Part shown: piece by piece, positions 48,958-57,906 of the stretch | How positions within the stretch are numbered: position 1 is the stretch's first letter | Layout: every line of letters starts with the position of its first letter | NCBI GenBank assembly: GCA_965223325.1 | Contig: CBDCWI010000002.1 | Coordinates: forward strand, 160,001-224,000 | Source: Candidatus Multivoradales bacterium | GTDB taxonomy: Bacteria; Acidobacteriota; Thermoanaerobaculia; Multivoradales; Multivoraceae | Direction of reading: 5' to 3' | Length of the DNA stretch: 64,000 bases | Program-made: the position numbers and the translations under genes | Notes under the pieces: generated by a model | What the model was told of the DNA's origin: nothing | The model's database searches: none | The model's input: the letters and a program-made list of their open reading frames with translations, nothing else

Positions 48958-50193
48958 ATGAATCGGTCCTCCTGTCGCCCGCAGAACGTGCGTTCGCCGG
49001 TTGTCAGACGCCCACCGGCGTTACCCCGGAACTCCGTCGCGCTTGTGATCCTGGTCAGTCTGTTGGCGGGGACTGCAGGGGGGACGGCTGCCGACGCCCA
49101 GGAGTCGCAGACGCTCCTCGAGGATCTGAGGCGCCTCGAACTCCCGGAGGCCGCCGCACCCGGTCTGGTAGCTGATCGACCCACCGAGTCTGGCTGGCAG
49201 CTCCTCCAGAGCCCCAGTACCGGACGCCGAGTGGAAGTCTTTCTACCGCGCGCGGTCGACCCGACGAAGTCGGTGCCAGCGGCGATCTTCCTCCATGGCC
49301 AGGACTCGCCGCCTCGCTTGTATCGGGAGCGCGTGCAGCAGGCGGCCGAAGAGCTCGGAGTCCTGATGGTGCTTCCTCACGCCGGCCGATTTGGCACCTG
49401 GGGGTTCAGCGGCGACAGCCAGGTCATCGCCGAGTCGACCCGCTTTGCCGTACAGGCGGGCGCCGATCCGGAGCGCATCGGTATCGCGGGTCACTCCGCT
49501 GGTGGGGCCTACGCCTACGTACAGGCCTATCTCGGCCCGCAGCGTTTCAGTGGCGTCTTCTCAATGAACGCCCGCTACATCGAGATCGAGCCGGCCGATG
49601 GTTTCAAACCGCCCATTCGCATGTTCTACGGCAGCGAAGATCGCAACTTCAAGCAGGGGGCGCTGCAGGCGCTGGCGCGACAGTGGGAGCGGCTCGGCAT
49701 CATCTGGGAAGACGATCTCGCCATCGGCTATCAGCATCACGAGTGGCCGGCGGCGGCCCTGGTCGAGGGGCTGCGTTTTGCAACCACACCCTCCGGGGCT
49801 GCCGGCCCTTCTCTTCCATCGAGCGCCTGCGAGCAGGCGTCTGATACCCGCCTCTGTCTCGTAGACGGGCGCTTCGAGGTCGAGGTGAAGTGGTGGAACC
49901 CCGGCGGCTCGAGTGACGCCGCGGCGGGCAGAGCTCGCGTGGTTCCCATCCGCAATCGCAACTCCGGACTCTTCTGGTTCTTCTCCGAGGCCAACTGGGA
50001 GATGATCGTCAAGGTGCTCAATGGCTGCTCGATCAACGGCAACTACTGGGTGTTCGCGGCCGCGACGACGGACCGCGCCTATCAGATCCGGGTCACCGAT
50101 ACCTTCGTCGAGCGCACCGTGACCTATGAAAGCGATGGCGGTCACCCGGCCCCCGCACTGACCGACACCGAAGCGCTTTCGAGCTGTCCTTGA
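48958..50193 (+). CDS. Secreted alpha/beta hydrolase (esterase) with C-terminal Cys-containing beta module
   Basis: Signal-like N-terminus, FLHG, nucleophile elbow GHSAG, GSED, HHEW; C-terminal LCLVDGRFEVEVKW...SGLFWFF...KVLNGC..NGNYWVF. Confidence 0.8.
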   Translation: MNRSSCRPQNVRSPVVRRPPALPRNSVALVILVSLLAGTAGGTAADAQESQTLLEDLRRLELPEAAAPGLVADRPTESGWQLLQSPSTGRRVEVFLPRAVDPTKSVPAAIFLHGQDSPPRLYRERVQQAAEELGVLMVLPHAGRFGTWGFSGDSQVIAESTRFAVQAGADPERIGIAGHSAGGAYAYVQAYLGPQRFSGVFSMNARYIEIEPADGFKPPIRMFYGSEDRNFKQGALQALARQWERLGIIWEDDLAIGYQHHEWPAAALVEGLRFATTPSGAAGPSLPSSACEQASDTRLCLVDGRFEVEVKWWNPGGSSDAAAGRARVVPIRNRNSGLFWFFSEANWEMIVKVLNGCSINGNYWVFAAATTDRAYQIRVTDTFVERTVTYESDGGHPAPALTDTEALSSCP

Positions 50194-50280
50194 GGGTACT
50201 TTGGGTGGGGGTGGGAAACGCCCACGGCCGAGCTCCCCTCGTCTTTCGAAGGACAGCCGGCACGTGGGAAGATCGCGCCC

Positions 50281-51225
50281 ATGCCTGAGTTTGAGTTGCG
50301 CAGTTTCGAGCGCCCGTCGGACTACGAACAGTGCGTTGCGCTCCAGATGGCCACCTGGGGTGATGATTTCCGGGAGTTGGTACCGCCGGCGGTTATCGAG
50401 ATCTCTCAGAAGGTAGGCGGCGTCGCGGCGGGTGCGTTCGACGGCGAACGTCTGCTCGCCTTCGTGTGGGGACTCTCAGGGCTCCGCGCTGGCCGCACCG
50501 CCCACTGGTCCCACATGCTCGCCGTCGATCGCCAGGCACGTGGCCTTGGGCTCGGGAAACACCTCAAGTGGTTTCAGCGCCGCCTGCTACTCGAGCTCGG
50601 CATCGAAGTCATGTACTGGACCTTCGACCCGCTCGTCGCGCGCAACGCCAACCTCAACATCAACCGCCTCGGCGCGTTGCCTCTGCGTTTCACCCGCGAC
50701 ATGTACGGCACCGAGACGGGTTCCGATCTCCACAGCGGCCTCGGCACCGACCGTTTCGTAGCTCGCTGGTGGCTATCCTCGGCATGGACAGAGAAGAAGG
50801 CCCGGGATCCCTCGCCGCTGGGCGTGGAACGAAGAGGCGAGTCCGCCTCCGGGACGGCGCTAGAGGCACCGCATGACGCTGCGAGCTCCCCAATGCCGAT
50901 CTTCAACGCGACCGAAGACGGCAAACCGCTGCCCGAGCCGAAGGCCGACCCGAGTAGCATCGCCCCGCGGCTCCTCGTCGAGGTGCCAGAGTCGATTGAG
51001 CGGCTGAAGCGTGAAGACCCGGAGCTGGCGTTGGCGTGGCGGGATGCGGCGCGCGCCTCTTTCGAGAGCCTGCTCGGCGCGGGCTATCGGGTGACGGCGT
51101 TTCACCGTCGACCAGCAGCTCACCACCGAGCGGCTGAGCAAGCGGAGCAGGGGAGCTTTGCGCTGCGCTGCTTCTACGAGCTACGCGGCCCGACCGAACC
51201 CCTGGTCGAGGCCGAGCGATCATAG
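50281..51225 (+). CDS. GNAT N-acyltransferase (probable D-amino acid N-succinyltransferase)
   Basis: WSHMLAV...RGLGLG..LK..QR, WTFDPL..RNA..N...LG, TDRF; adjacent to NSAR/OSBS. Confidence 0.75.
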   Translation: MPEFELRSFERPSDYEQCVALQMATWGDDFRELVPPAVIEISQKVGGVAAGAFDGERLLAFVWGLSGLRAGRTAHWSHMLAVDRQARGLGLGKHLKWFQRRLLLELGIEVMYWTFDPLVARNANLNINRLGALPLRFTRDMYGTETGSDLHSGLGTDRFVARWWLSSAWTEKKARDPSPLGVERRGESASGTALEAPHDAASSPMPIFNATEDGKPLPEPKADPSSIAPRLLVEVPESIERLKREDPELALAWRDAARASFESLLGAGYRVTAFHRRPAAHHRAAEQAEQGSFALRCFYELRGPTEPLVEAERS

Positions 51226-51267
51226 CCCCCCCGGATCACCCGCAACGATCAGAAGACAGGAGCCGCC

Positions 51268-52458
51268 GTGGCCGAGAAACGCGACGCAATCCAACTCGAA
51301 CGCCTCACCCTGCGCGAGATTCGCATGCCGCTCGTCGAGCCGTTTCGTATCTCCTCGGGCGAAACCAGCGAGCGCCGGATCTTGTTGCTCGAGCTGGTCG
51401 ACGCCTCGGGCTCCCGCTGCTGGTCGGAGTGTGTCGCCGGCGATCTCCCGAACTACTCGCCCGAGACCATCGATACATGCTGGTTCGCCATCGAGCAGTG
51501 GCTCGCCCCACGCCTCCTGGGGCGGGTCTTCGACGGTGCCAGCCGTAAGGCTCGGGAACCAGGCCAGCCCGAAGAGCCCTTCGACCCCATCTTGCTCGAG
51601 GTCGAAGAAGCCCTATGCCGCCACTTCCGAGGGCATCACATGGCGCGGGCGGCTCTCGAAATGGGGGCCTGGGGTCTCCTGGCCACCAAGCGGGGTGTAC
51701 CCCTGGCGGCGCTTCTCGAGGGCCAACGCGAGACGATTGCAACCGGCATCTCAATCGGGATTCAAAGGTCGCCCGACGAGCTGATCGCGAAAGTGGAGAA
51801 GGCCCTCGAGGAGGGCTACTGCAAGATCAAGATCAAGATCCAACCGGGCTCAGACCTCGACTTCCTTCGCCCGGTGCGCGCCGCCTTCCCGGATGCACCG
51901 CTGATGGCCGACGCGAACAACGCCTACACTCTCAACGATCTGGACACCCTGGAACAACTCGATCCGCTCGCCCTGGTGATGGTCGAGCAGCCGCTCGCCT
52001 GGGACGATGTCGTCCAGCACGCGGCCTTGCAGGTCCGCCTCGAGACGCCGGTATGTCTCGACGAGTCGATCACCGGTGTCGACCGAGCGCGCGACATGAT
52101 TCAACTGTCCGCCGGTCGCATCATCAACATCAAGCCCGGCCGCGTCGGGGGCTTCCTCGAGTCACGGCGCATACACGACCTCGCCGAGCGACATGACGTC
52201 CCGGTGTGGTGCGGTGGAATGCTCGAAAGCGGCATCGGCCGCGCTTACAACGTCGCTCTCGCCTCGCTGTCGAACTTCCGTCTACCCGGCGATGTCTCAC
52301 CCAGCGCCCGCTACTGGAAGCAAGACATCGTAACTCCCCAATGGACGATGGACCGCGGCCACGTCACCGTTCCGACCGGTCCCGGCCTCGGAGTCGAGGT
52401 TGACGTTGAGCGCATCGAGGCGCTTTCTGTGCGCTCTGTCGCGTTGCGTTCTGCCTGA
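51268..52458 (+). CDS. menC: N-succinylamino acid racemase / o-succinylbenzoate synthase (enolase superfamily)
   Basis: PFRIS.G, YSPET, KIKI, ADAN, EQP, LDES, NIKPGRVGG, WCGGMLESGIGRA, PGDVSPS. Confidence 0.88.
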   Translation: MAEKRDAIQLERLTLREIRMPLVEPFRISSGETSERRILLLELVDASGSRCWSECVAGDLPNYSPETIDTCWFAIEQWLAPRLLGRVFDGASRKAREPGQPEEPFDPILLEVEEALCRHFRGHHMARAALEMGAWGLLATKRGVPLAALLEGQRETIATGISIGIQRSPDELIAKVEKALEEGYCKIKIKIQPGSDLDFLRPVRAAFPDAPLMADANNAYTLNDLDTLEQLDPLALVMVEQPLAWDDVVQHAALQVRLETPVCLDESITGVDRARDMIQLSAGRIINIKPGRVGGFLESRRIHDLAERHDVPVWCGGMLESGIGRAYNVALASLSNFRLPGDVSPSARYWKQDIVTPQWTMDRGHVTVPTGPGLGVEVDVERIEALSVRSVALRSA

Positions 52459-52631
52459 TTGGGTGGTCGGTCTGTGGGAAGTGGTCAGGTTGTGATGCTG
52501 CGAGTTGTTGTGAGTTCGTGAGGTGGCAAGGCGCACGCCCCCCGTTCTCGCCCGGCGAATTGCCACAACCCTTCCACCAACACCGGGACGTTCGGCGCGC
52601 GTTCGAAAAACTCCAACGCCCCGTTTCGCAA

Positions 52632-52892
52632 CTATCCATCGTCGTCCGTTTCGCTTTCGGGATCGCCTTCAGGATCGGCGGAAGGGTCAGGTCCCGGAGG
52701 CATGGCGCCGGTGTCCCCGTCTTCGAAGTCTTCTTTGAGTAGGGGTTCGGGGGTGTCCGTGGCGGAGTCCTCGGTGGCTGCGGTCGGGGCTGGGGGCTCG
52801 GTCTTGGTTTCGTCCGCACGGCAGGCGCCGAGGGCGAAGAGGGCGGCGGTGGCGAGGAGGACGGGGAGTGCGTGGGAGGAGCTGGGTCTCAT
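52632..52892 (-). CDS. 86-aa lipoprotein, low complexity except an EDFEDGDT motif
   Basis: Hydrophobic signal with lipobox LGAC; T/E/P/A linker; LLKEDFEDGDTGAM; acidic tail; AGAGGA RBS upstream. Confidence 0.65.
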   Translation of the reverse strand: MRPSSSHALPVLLATAALFALGACRADETKTEPPAPTAATEDSATDTPEPLLKEDFEDGDTGAMPPGPDPSADPEGDPESETDDDG

Positions 52893-52985
52893 GAAGGGGT
52901 CCTCTGAAGGGGCCGGGTGGCCCTGGGTTCAGGTTCTTGCGTTCGATCAGGCGAAGCGAGATGAAGTGAGCGGTGCGCCGAACCT

Positions 52986-53786
52986 TCAGCAGCCCTTCCA
53001 CTGCGGCTTGCGCTTCTCGGCGAAGGCTTTCGGGCCTTCGATGTAGTCGGCACTTCCGGCCATGGCGACCTGGCCGGGGAAACGCGATTCCATGGCGTCG
53101 GCGAGGGGTAGATGGAGGCCGGCGAGGGCCGCCTCCTTCGAGGCGCGCACCGACAGCGGAGCGCATTCGAGGATCTGTGACGCCCAGCGACGGGCGGCCG
53201 GCATGAGGTCATCGGGGGCGACGATCTCGTTCACCAGACCGAGGCGCTGCGCCTCTTCGGGTGCGACATGGCGCCCGGTGAGCAACATGCCCATCGCTTG
53301 ATGAAACGGAATCTGGCGCGGAAGGCGGTGCACGCCACCCGCAGCGGCGAGCAGCCCGACTGTTGGTTCGGGCAGTCCGAAGGTGGCGTTCTCGGAGGCG
53401 ATGATGATGTCGCAGGCCAGTACGATCTCGAAGCCACCGCCCAGCGCGAAGCCATTGACCGCTGCGATCACTGGCTTCGAGAGGTCATGGCGGCTCGTGA
53501 TGCCGGCGAAGCCGCCGGTGACGCCCGCCATGCCCGAGCGCACTGCGGCGCTTCCGTGCTCGGCCTGGAACTTGAGATCGTTGCCGGCAGAGAATGCCCG
53601 GTCGCCGGCACCGGTGACGATTGCCACCCATTGCTCGGGGTCGTCCTGGAAGGCCTGGAAGACGCGATCGAGCTCCTGGTGCGCCGGCGGGTGGAGGGCG
53701 TTCATGCGCTCGGGACGGTTCAAGGTCACGATCAGGAGGTGGCCATCTCGTTCGACCTCGATGAACTCGTAGGAATCGGTTGTCAT
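52986..53786 (-). CDS. Enoyl-CoA hydratase/crotonase family (CaiD-like)
   Basis: LNRPERMNAL, FSAGNDLK, KPVIAAVNGFALGGGFE, FGLPE, EGPKAFAEKRKP. Confidence 0.93.
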   Translation of the reverse strand: MTTDSYEFIEVERDGHLLIVTLNRPERMNALHPPAHQELDRVFQAFQDDPEQWVAIVTGAGDRAFSAGNDLKFQAEHGSAAVRSGMAGVTGGFAGITSRHDLSKPVIAAVNGFALGGGFEIVLACDIIIASENATFGLPEPTVGLLAAAGGVHRLPRQIPFHQAMGMLLTGRHVAPEEAQRLGLVNEIVAPDDLMPAARRWASQILECAPLSVRASKEAALAGLHLPLADAMESRFPGQVAMAGSADYIEGPKAFAEKRKPQWKGC

Positions 53787-54002
53787 GCTCGCAAGGTCCT
53801 CCACTGTCTTCCGAATTGGCGCTCACCGGGGGTCTTGGCTGGTGTGACCCGCCAAGATGAACACCAAGGTGAGCCGGCCGGATCGGATGCTTGCCCGAGC
53901 GGCCTTAGGTCTTGTACGTCGTGTACGGGGGCCAGTCTAGCGAGTCGCCGCTGAGGGCAAGACGCTCCAAGGAAGACGCGCCTCAGCCGCCACCCCTGCT
54001 AT

Positions 54003-54989
54003 TCAGTCGAGGGTGGCGACGCCTTCGATTTCGATCAGGAGTTCGGGTCGGCACAGGTCCCAATGCAGCAGTTCGACGGTCTCGGCGGCGCTGAAGGTGC
54101 GCTGTGCGATCTCCTCGATTCGCTCACGATGTTCGGCCACCGGATAGTAGATACGGACACTGCGGAAGCGGCTGAGCTCACAGCACTCCTGGGCGCTTCT
54201 CGCGTCGTCGGCGCCGGCGAGAGCGCTGTGGAGAAGCGCGTTCAGGTTGGCCGCCGTCTCGTTGGCCTGCGCCTCGAGGTCCTCGTCGTGTTGGCTGTCT
54301 TCGCCCAGAATGCTGGCCGTCCCGCCGACCAGGAGCGCGGACTCATGAGCGCCCGCCAGAACGACCCGGGTGGCGCGCGCAAACGCTGGCGGCCGCGGGC
54401 CGTAGCGAAACGAGTAGCGGTAGCTCGGGATCTGACGCGGGTTCTCGACCGGCACTCCGGGTTGGCTGGTGGTCAGAGCGTGCAAGACCAGGTCGTCACC
54501 CTTGTGGCCGGTTCCAGTGGCGGTCGCCAGGGTGACGGGAAAGCTGTCGTGTGAGCGATACCAGGCGGCAAGCGCATCGTAGCGTCCGGCGTTGAAAACC
54601 ATGTAGCGATGCGGCAGCTCCCCTAGAGGCTCGAGGATCTCGGGGATGAAATTCCAGATGCGCACGATGTGACGCTCCCGCTGCGGCTCGGTCGGGTGCT
54701 TGAGCGGCCGCCCCTCGCTGGCGGTCAGAAGCGCCTGATAGGCGCGCCTCGTCTCTTTCTGAAGCGCTTCGGCGTCGAGCAGTCGCGCGCCTGGAACAGC
54801 GACCGAGGCGAGCTCCAGTCCTCCACACCGCAAGACACGCTGATCGAGGCCATCCTGACGGCTGGACCAGACCTGTGCGGCGCCCGCCATGACGGCCTCG
54901 ACCCAGGGCGGAGGGGCAGGGCCGATCTCGACGCGCGGCAGGTCGAGGGGGTGGAGGGTTGGGGAGTCCCTGGACAGGAGGTCAACCAT
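54003..54989 (-). CDS. FkbO/Hyg5-family chorismatase (XanB2-like)
   Basis: RIWNFIPEI, YMVFNAGR, ATGTG, ENPRQIPSYRYS..YGPRPPAFARA, GTASILG, CRPELLIEIEG. Confidence 0.85.
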   Translation of the reverse strand: MVDLLSRDSPTLHPLDLPRVEIGPAPPPWVEAVMAGAAQVWSSRQDGLDQRVLRCGGLELASVAVPGARLLDAEALQKETRRAYQALLTASEGRPLKHPTEPQRERHIVRIWNFIPEILEPLGELPHRYMVFNAGRYDALAAWYRSHDSFPVTLATATGTGHKGDDLVLHALTTSQPGVPVENPRQIPSYRYSFRYGPRPPAFARATRVVLAGAHESALLVGGTASILGEDSQHDEDLEAQANETAANLNALLHSALAGADDARSAQECCELSRFRSVRIYYPVAEHRERIEEIAQRTFSAAETVELLHWDLCRPELLIEIEGVATLD

Positions 54990-55023
54990 GGTGGTGAAGG
55001 CTAGAGGATTCTGGGATTTCGAG

Positions 55024-55887
55024 TCAAATCGAGTTTTGCGGATAGGCCGCCGGAAGCGCTCGCGACAGGGTGGTCGTCACCAGTCCCCGGTCTCTGATTT
55101 CGACCAGAAGGTCCTCGAGGATCTCCGGCGCCACCGGTTTGCGTCCCCTCTCGAGCCGCCAGCGACCGTCGTGGAGGAGCACGATATCGCGAGTCGTGAG
55201 CCGAGTGAGGACCCTTCTCAAGACCGACTCGGGAGACCTCGAGCCCGAGTCGAAACCGCGGCAGCTCCACGACACCAGGTCGAGCCCGCGGCGTGCCAGA
55301 GCCGGCTCGAGCCACGGCGGGCGGACCCCGGCGGGGGCGCGGAAGAACCTCGGAGTGGTTCCAGTGAGCTCGGTGATCAAGTCCTGGGTTCGGTCGATCT
55401 CGCGCGCCACTAGAGACGGAGGGTAGAGCGGAAACAAGTACGAATGACGCCAGGTGTGGTTCCCGATGGTGTGTCCGGCGCGCGCAATCCCCCGCACCAG
55501 CTCCGGATAGCGCTCCGCCTGACGCCCAATGAGAAAGAAGGTCGCGTGCACGTCGTGAGCGGCCAGCAACTCGAGGATGCGAGGCGTCGCTTCGGGATCG
55601 GGGCCGTCGTCGAAGGTCAGAGCGATCATCCCCGGTTCGTTCTCGCGATCCGGCAGGCGATCGATGTTGGGGCCGAGGGCCACGCTTCTCGCAGTCAGAC
55701 CGGCGATCATCAAAGCGACGTGGTCGAGCCATACCAGAAACAGAACGGAGACCCAGCGCGCCGGCTGCAGGAGAATGGCGAGCACAGCCGCTGCGTGGAC
55801 GCCCCACGAAAGAACGATCGCCGGGGTCGGGCGCCAGGGCCTGGGCTTCAGCCGGTCCGTGCTCATCTCACCGGTGCCGTCGTTCAC
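55024..55887 (-). CDS. Membrane-anchored polysaccharide deacetylase (NodB/CE4)
   Basis: ALTFDDGP, ATFF.IG, GNHTWRH, FRAP.G, IVLLHD; N-terminal TM helices. Confidence 0.9.
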   Translation of the reverse strand: MNDGTGEMSTDRLKPRPWRPTPAIVLSWGVHAAAVLAILLQPARWVSVLFLVWLDHVALMIAGLTARSVALGPNIDRLPDRENEPGMIALTFDDGPDPEATPRILELLAAHDVHATFFLIGRQAERYPELVRGIARAGHTIGNHTWRHSYLFPLYPPSLVAREIDRTQDLITELTGTTPRFFRAPAGVRPPWLEPALARRGLDLVSWSCRGFDSGSRSPESVLRRVLTRLTTRDIVLLHDGRWRLERGRKPVAPEILEDLLVEIRDRGLVTTTLSRALPAAYPQNSI

Positions 55888-57350
55888 CGAACGCGCTCCA
55901 TCGGACCGGCGAGCGCTCGTCGGTCGACCTTGCCGCGTTCGGTCCGTGGGAGCTCGTCGACAAGCACGATCGATCGCGGCACTTCGTGGTCGCCGAGGTG
56001 GGCACGGCAGTGTTGGCGGATGGTGGCTTCGGAGAGGTCACTACCCACGACGACGGCCCTAACGCGAGTCGATCCAGTTTCGGCGCCCTCGATACCCAGC
56101 ACCACCACTTCGTCGACCTCCGGCAGCTCCTCGATGACCCTTTCGACGGTGCGCGGCTGGACCTTGCGACCTTTGACGTTGATGAGCCCGTCGAGGCGCC
56201 CGAGCAGCCTGAGAACGCCGTCCTCGAGCGTGCCGTGGTCCTGGGTTCTAAACACTGAATCGGCCAGGGTTGGGCCAGCCTGCGCTTCGTGATCGGTTGG
56301 TGGTGGCAGGTAGCCCGCTGCGACCGCTGGCGAACGCACGATCACCGCGCCAGTTCCCGGAGCGAGCTCGCCGTCCCGGTTGCTTCGGCTCGACCCGTCG
56401 ATCTCGATCGTCACGCCGTCGACTGGTTCGCCCAGCGTTCCGTCTTCCGCCGCTGTGCCTTGGCGGTCGAAGCAGATGCCGCCACATTCGCTGGCACCGT
56501 AGAAAGTGTGGACCGGCAAGCCGAAGCGTTGCCGCCATGCCCGGGCGGCTGCCGCGCTGAGGGGTGCACCGGCGCTGATCACGAGGCGTAGCGAGTCCGG
56601 GACTGCGGGCGGACGTCGCGCGACGGCCAACCCCCGAATGTAGGCCGGCACGGTGGGCAGAAACGACACCCCGAACTGGCGGGCCGCTTTCATCGCTGCG
56701 AAGGGGTCGTGTTCCCCAGGCACCGCGATCCTCGCTCCGCGTACCAGGGCCGGCAGGGCGACGCTCGAAAGGCCGTACGAGTGGGTCAGCGGAACCGCGC
56801 CGAGAATGCAGTCGGCGCCCGAGATGCCCATCGTGCGCGATAGTTGCGCTTCGTCGTGGGCGAGAGCATCGAAGGGCGTGATGACCCCGCGCGGTAGACC
56901 GCTGCTACCCGAGGTCAGCTTGACGACTGCGGTGTTGGCTGGCGCCTCGCGAGATCCGACGCCGCTTACGGCCTGGGCGCGGAACCACCCATGGCGGTCG
57001 CCGTGCGGCCACGGTTCGACGACCTCGAGTTGCCCGAGAAGCCCTAACCGTCGCGTGACCTCGGCGCGTGCCTCGGGAGCGGTCTGGCGGTCGATCAGAA
57101 CCGGAACCACACCGGCCCGCCAGAGCCCGACCAGAGCGGCTAGAAAGCCAGGGCCGTTCGCCGACGACAGACCGACCAGCCCGGCGCGCATCTCGGTCGC
57201 GCTTCGGGCGACGTCGTTGGCAAGGCGGTCGATGTCATGGGCGGTGGCACGTCGCTCGCTATCGCCAGCCGCCGAGACCATCAGTACACGGGCCGGTTCG
57301 GCGCGTGCGAGGTTCTCGAACGCCTGGTTGATCGGATCTTGAAGCGTCAT
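55884..57350 (-). CDS. AMP-dependent acyl/aryl-CoA or ACP ligase
   Basis: TSGSSGLPRG, PLTHSYG, SAGAPL, FYGASECG, FRTQD.G, GR.D..INV.GRKV, GKVDR. Confidence 0.9.
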   Translation of the reverse strand: MTLQDPINQAFENLARAEPARVLMVSAAGDSERRATAHDIDRLANDVARSATEMRAGLVGLSSANGPGFLAALVGLWRAGVVPVLIDRQTAPEARAEVTRRLGLLGQLEVVEPWPHGDRHGWFRAQAVSGVGSREAPANTAVVKLTSGSSGLPRGVITPFDALAHDEAQLSRTMGISGADCILGAVPLTHSYGLSSVALPALVRGARIAVPGEHDPFAAMKAARQFGVSFLPTVPAYIRGLAVARRPPAVPDSLRLVISAGAPLSAAAARAWRQRFGLPVHTFYGASECGGICFDRQGTAAEDGTLGEPVDGVTIEIDGSSRSNRDGELAPGTGAVIVRSPAVAAGYLPPPTDHEAQAGPTLADSVFRTQDHGTLEDGVLRLLGRLDGLINVKGRKVQPRTVERVIEELPEVDEVVVLGIEGAETGSTRVRAVVVGSDLSEATIRQHCRAHLGDHEVPRSIVLVDELPRTERGKVDRRALAGPMERVR

Positions 57351-57388
57351 CGGGAGCGGCGCGCGGAAGGCGGCGAGGGGTAGGCCTG

Positions 57389-57420
57389 AATGCCTCGCAG
57401 CGAAGGCATTTGAGTATACT
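57389..57420. promoter_or_regulatory. Palindromic operator candidate plus bidirectional -10 element in the divergent BGC promoter
   Basis: AATGCCT-N8-AGGCATT (57389-57410), then AGTATACT (57413-57420), which reads TATACT on both strands. Confidence 0.45.
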
Positions 57421-57603
57421 GCTCGGCGTCGCGGCGGGGACTCGGAAAAGGAGTTCTAGTTCGCCCGGGACCAGTGGCTCCCAGGCTGGCCGAACGCTCG
57501 ACGCTCCTTCCTACCCAGCTCTCAATCCCCACCGTCTTCGGAAACATCTCACTGCTTTCAGGTCCTTCGGATGCTGAATCCCCTCTCTTTGGAGTGCGCT
57601 GTC

Positions 57604-57879
57604 ATGGCCGACCCACAGGTACGCCTGAAGATCAAGAACGTCATCATCGAAAGCCTCGGACTCGAAGGCATGACGGCCGACGAGATCGACGACGACGCAC
57701 CGCTCTTCGGCGACGAAGGTCTGGGGCTCGACTCGGTCGACGCGCTCGAGTTGATGGTCGTCTTCGAGAAGGACTTTAGCGTCTCGATCGACGCGGAAGA
57801 CATCGACCCCGAGGCTTTCGCAACGGTCGCGTCGCTCGAGACCTTCCTCGCCACTCAGGGCCAGCGCGCGGTTTCCTGA
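57604..57879 (+). CDS. Acyl carrier protein (aryl polyene-type)
   Basis: IDDDAPLFG.EGLGLDSVDALEL with phosphopantetheine Ser. Confidence 0.93.
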   Translation: MADPQVRLKIKNVIIESLGLEGMTADEIDDDAPLFGDEGLGLDSVDALELMVVFEKDFSVSIDAEDIDPEAFATVASLETFLATQGQRAVS

Positions 57880-57906
57880 GCTCTTTTCGGCAAGCGCGGA
57901 AGGGGC

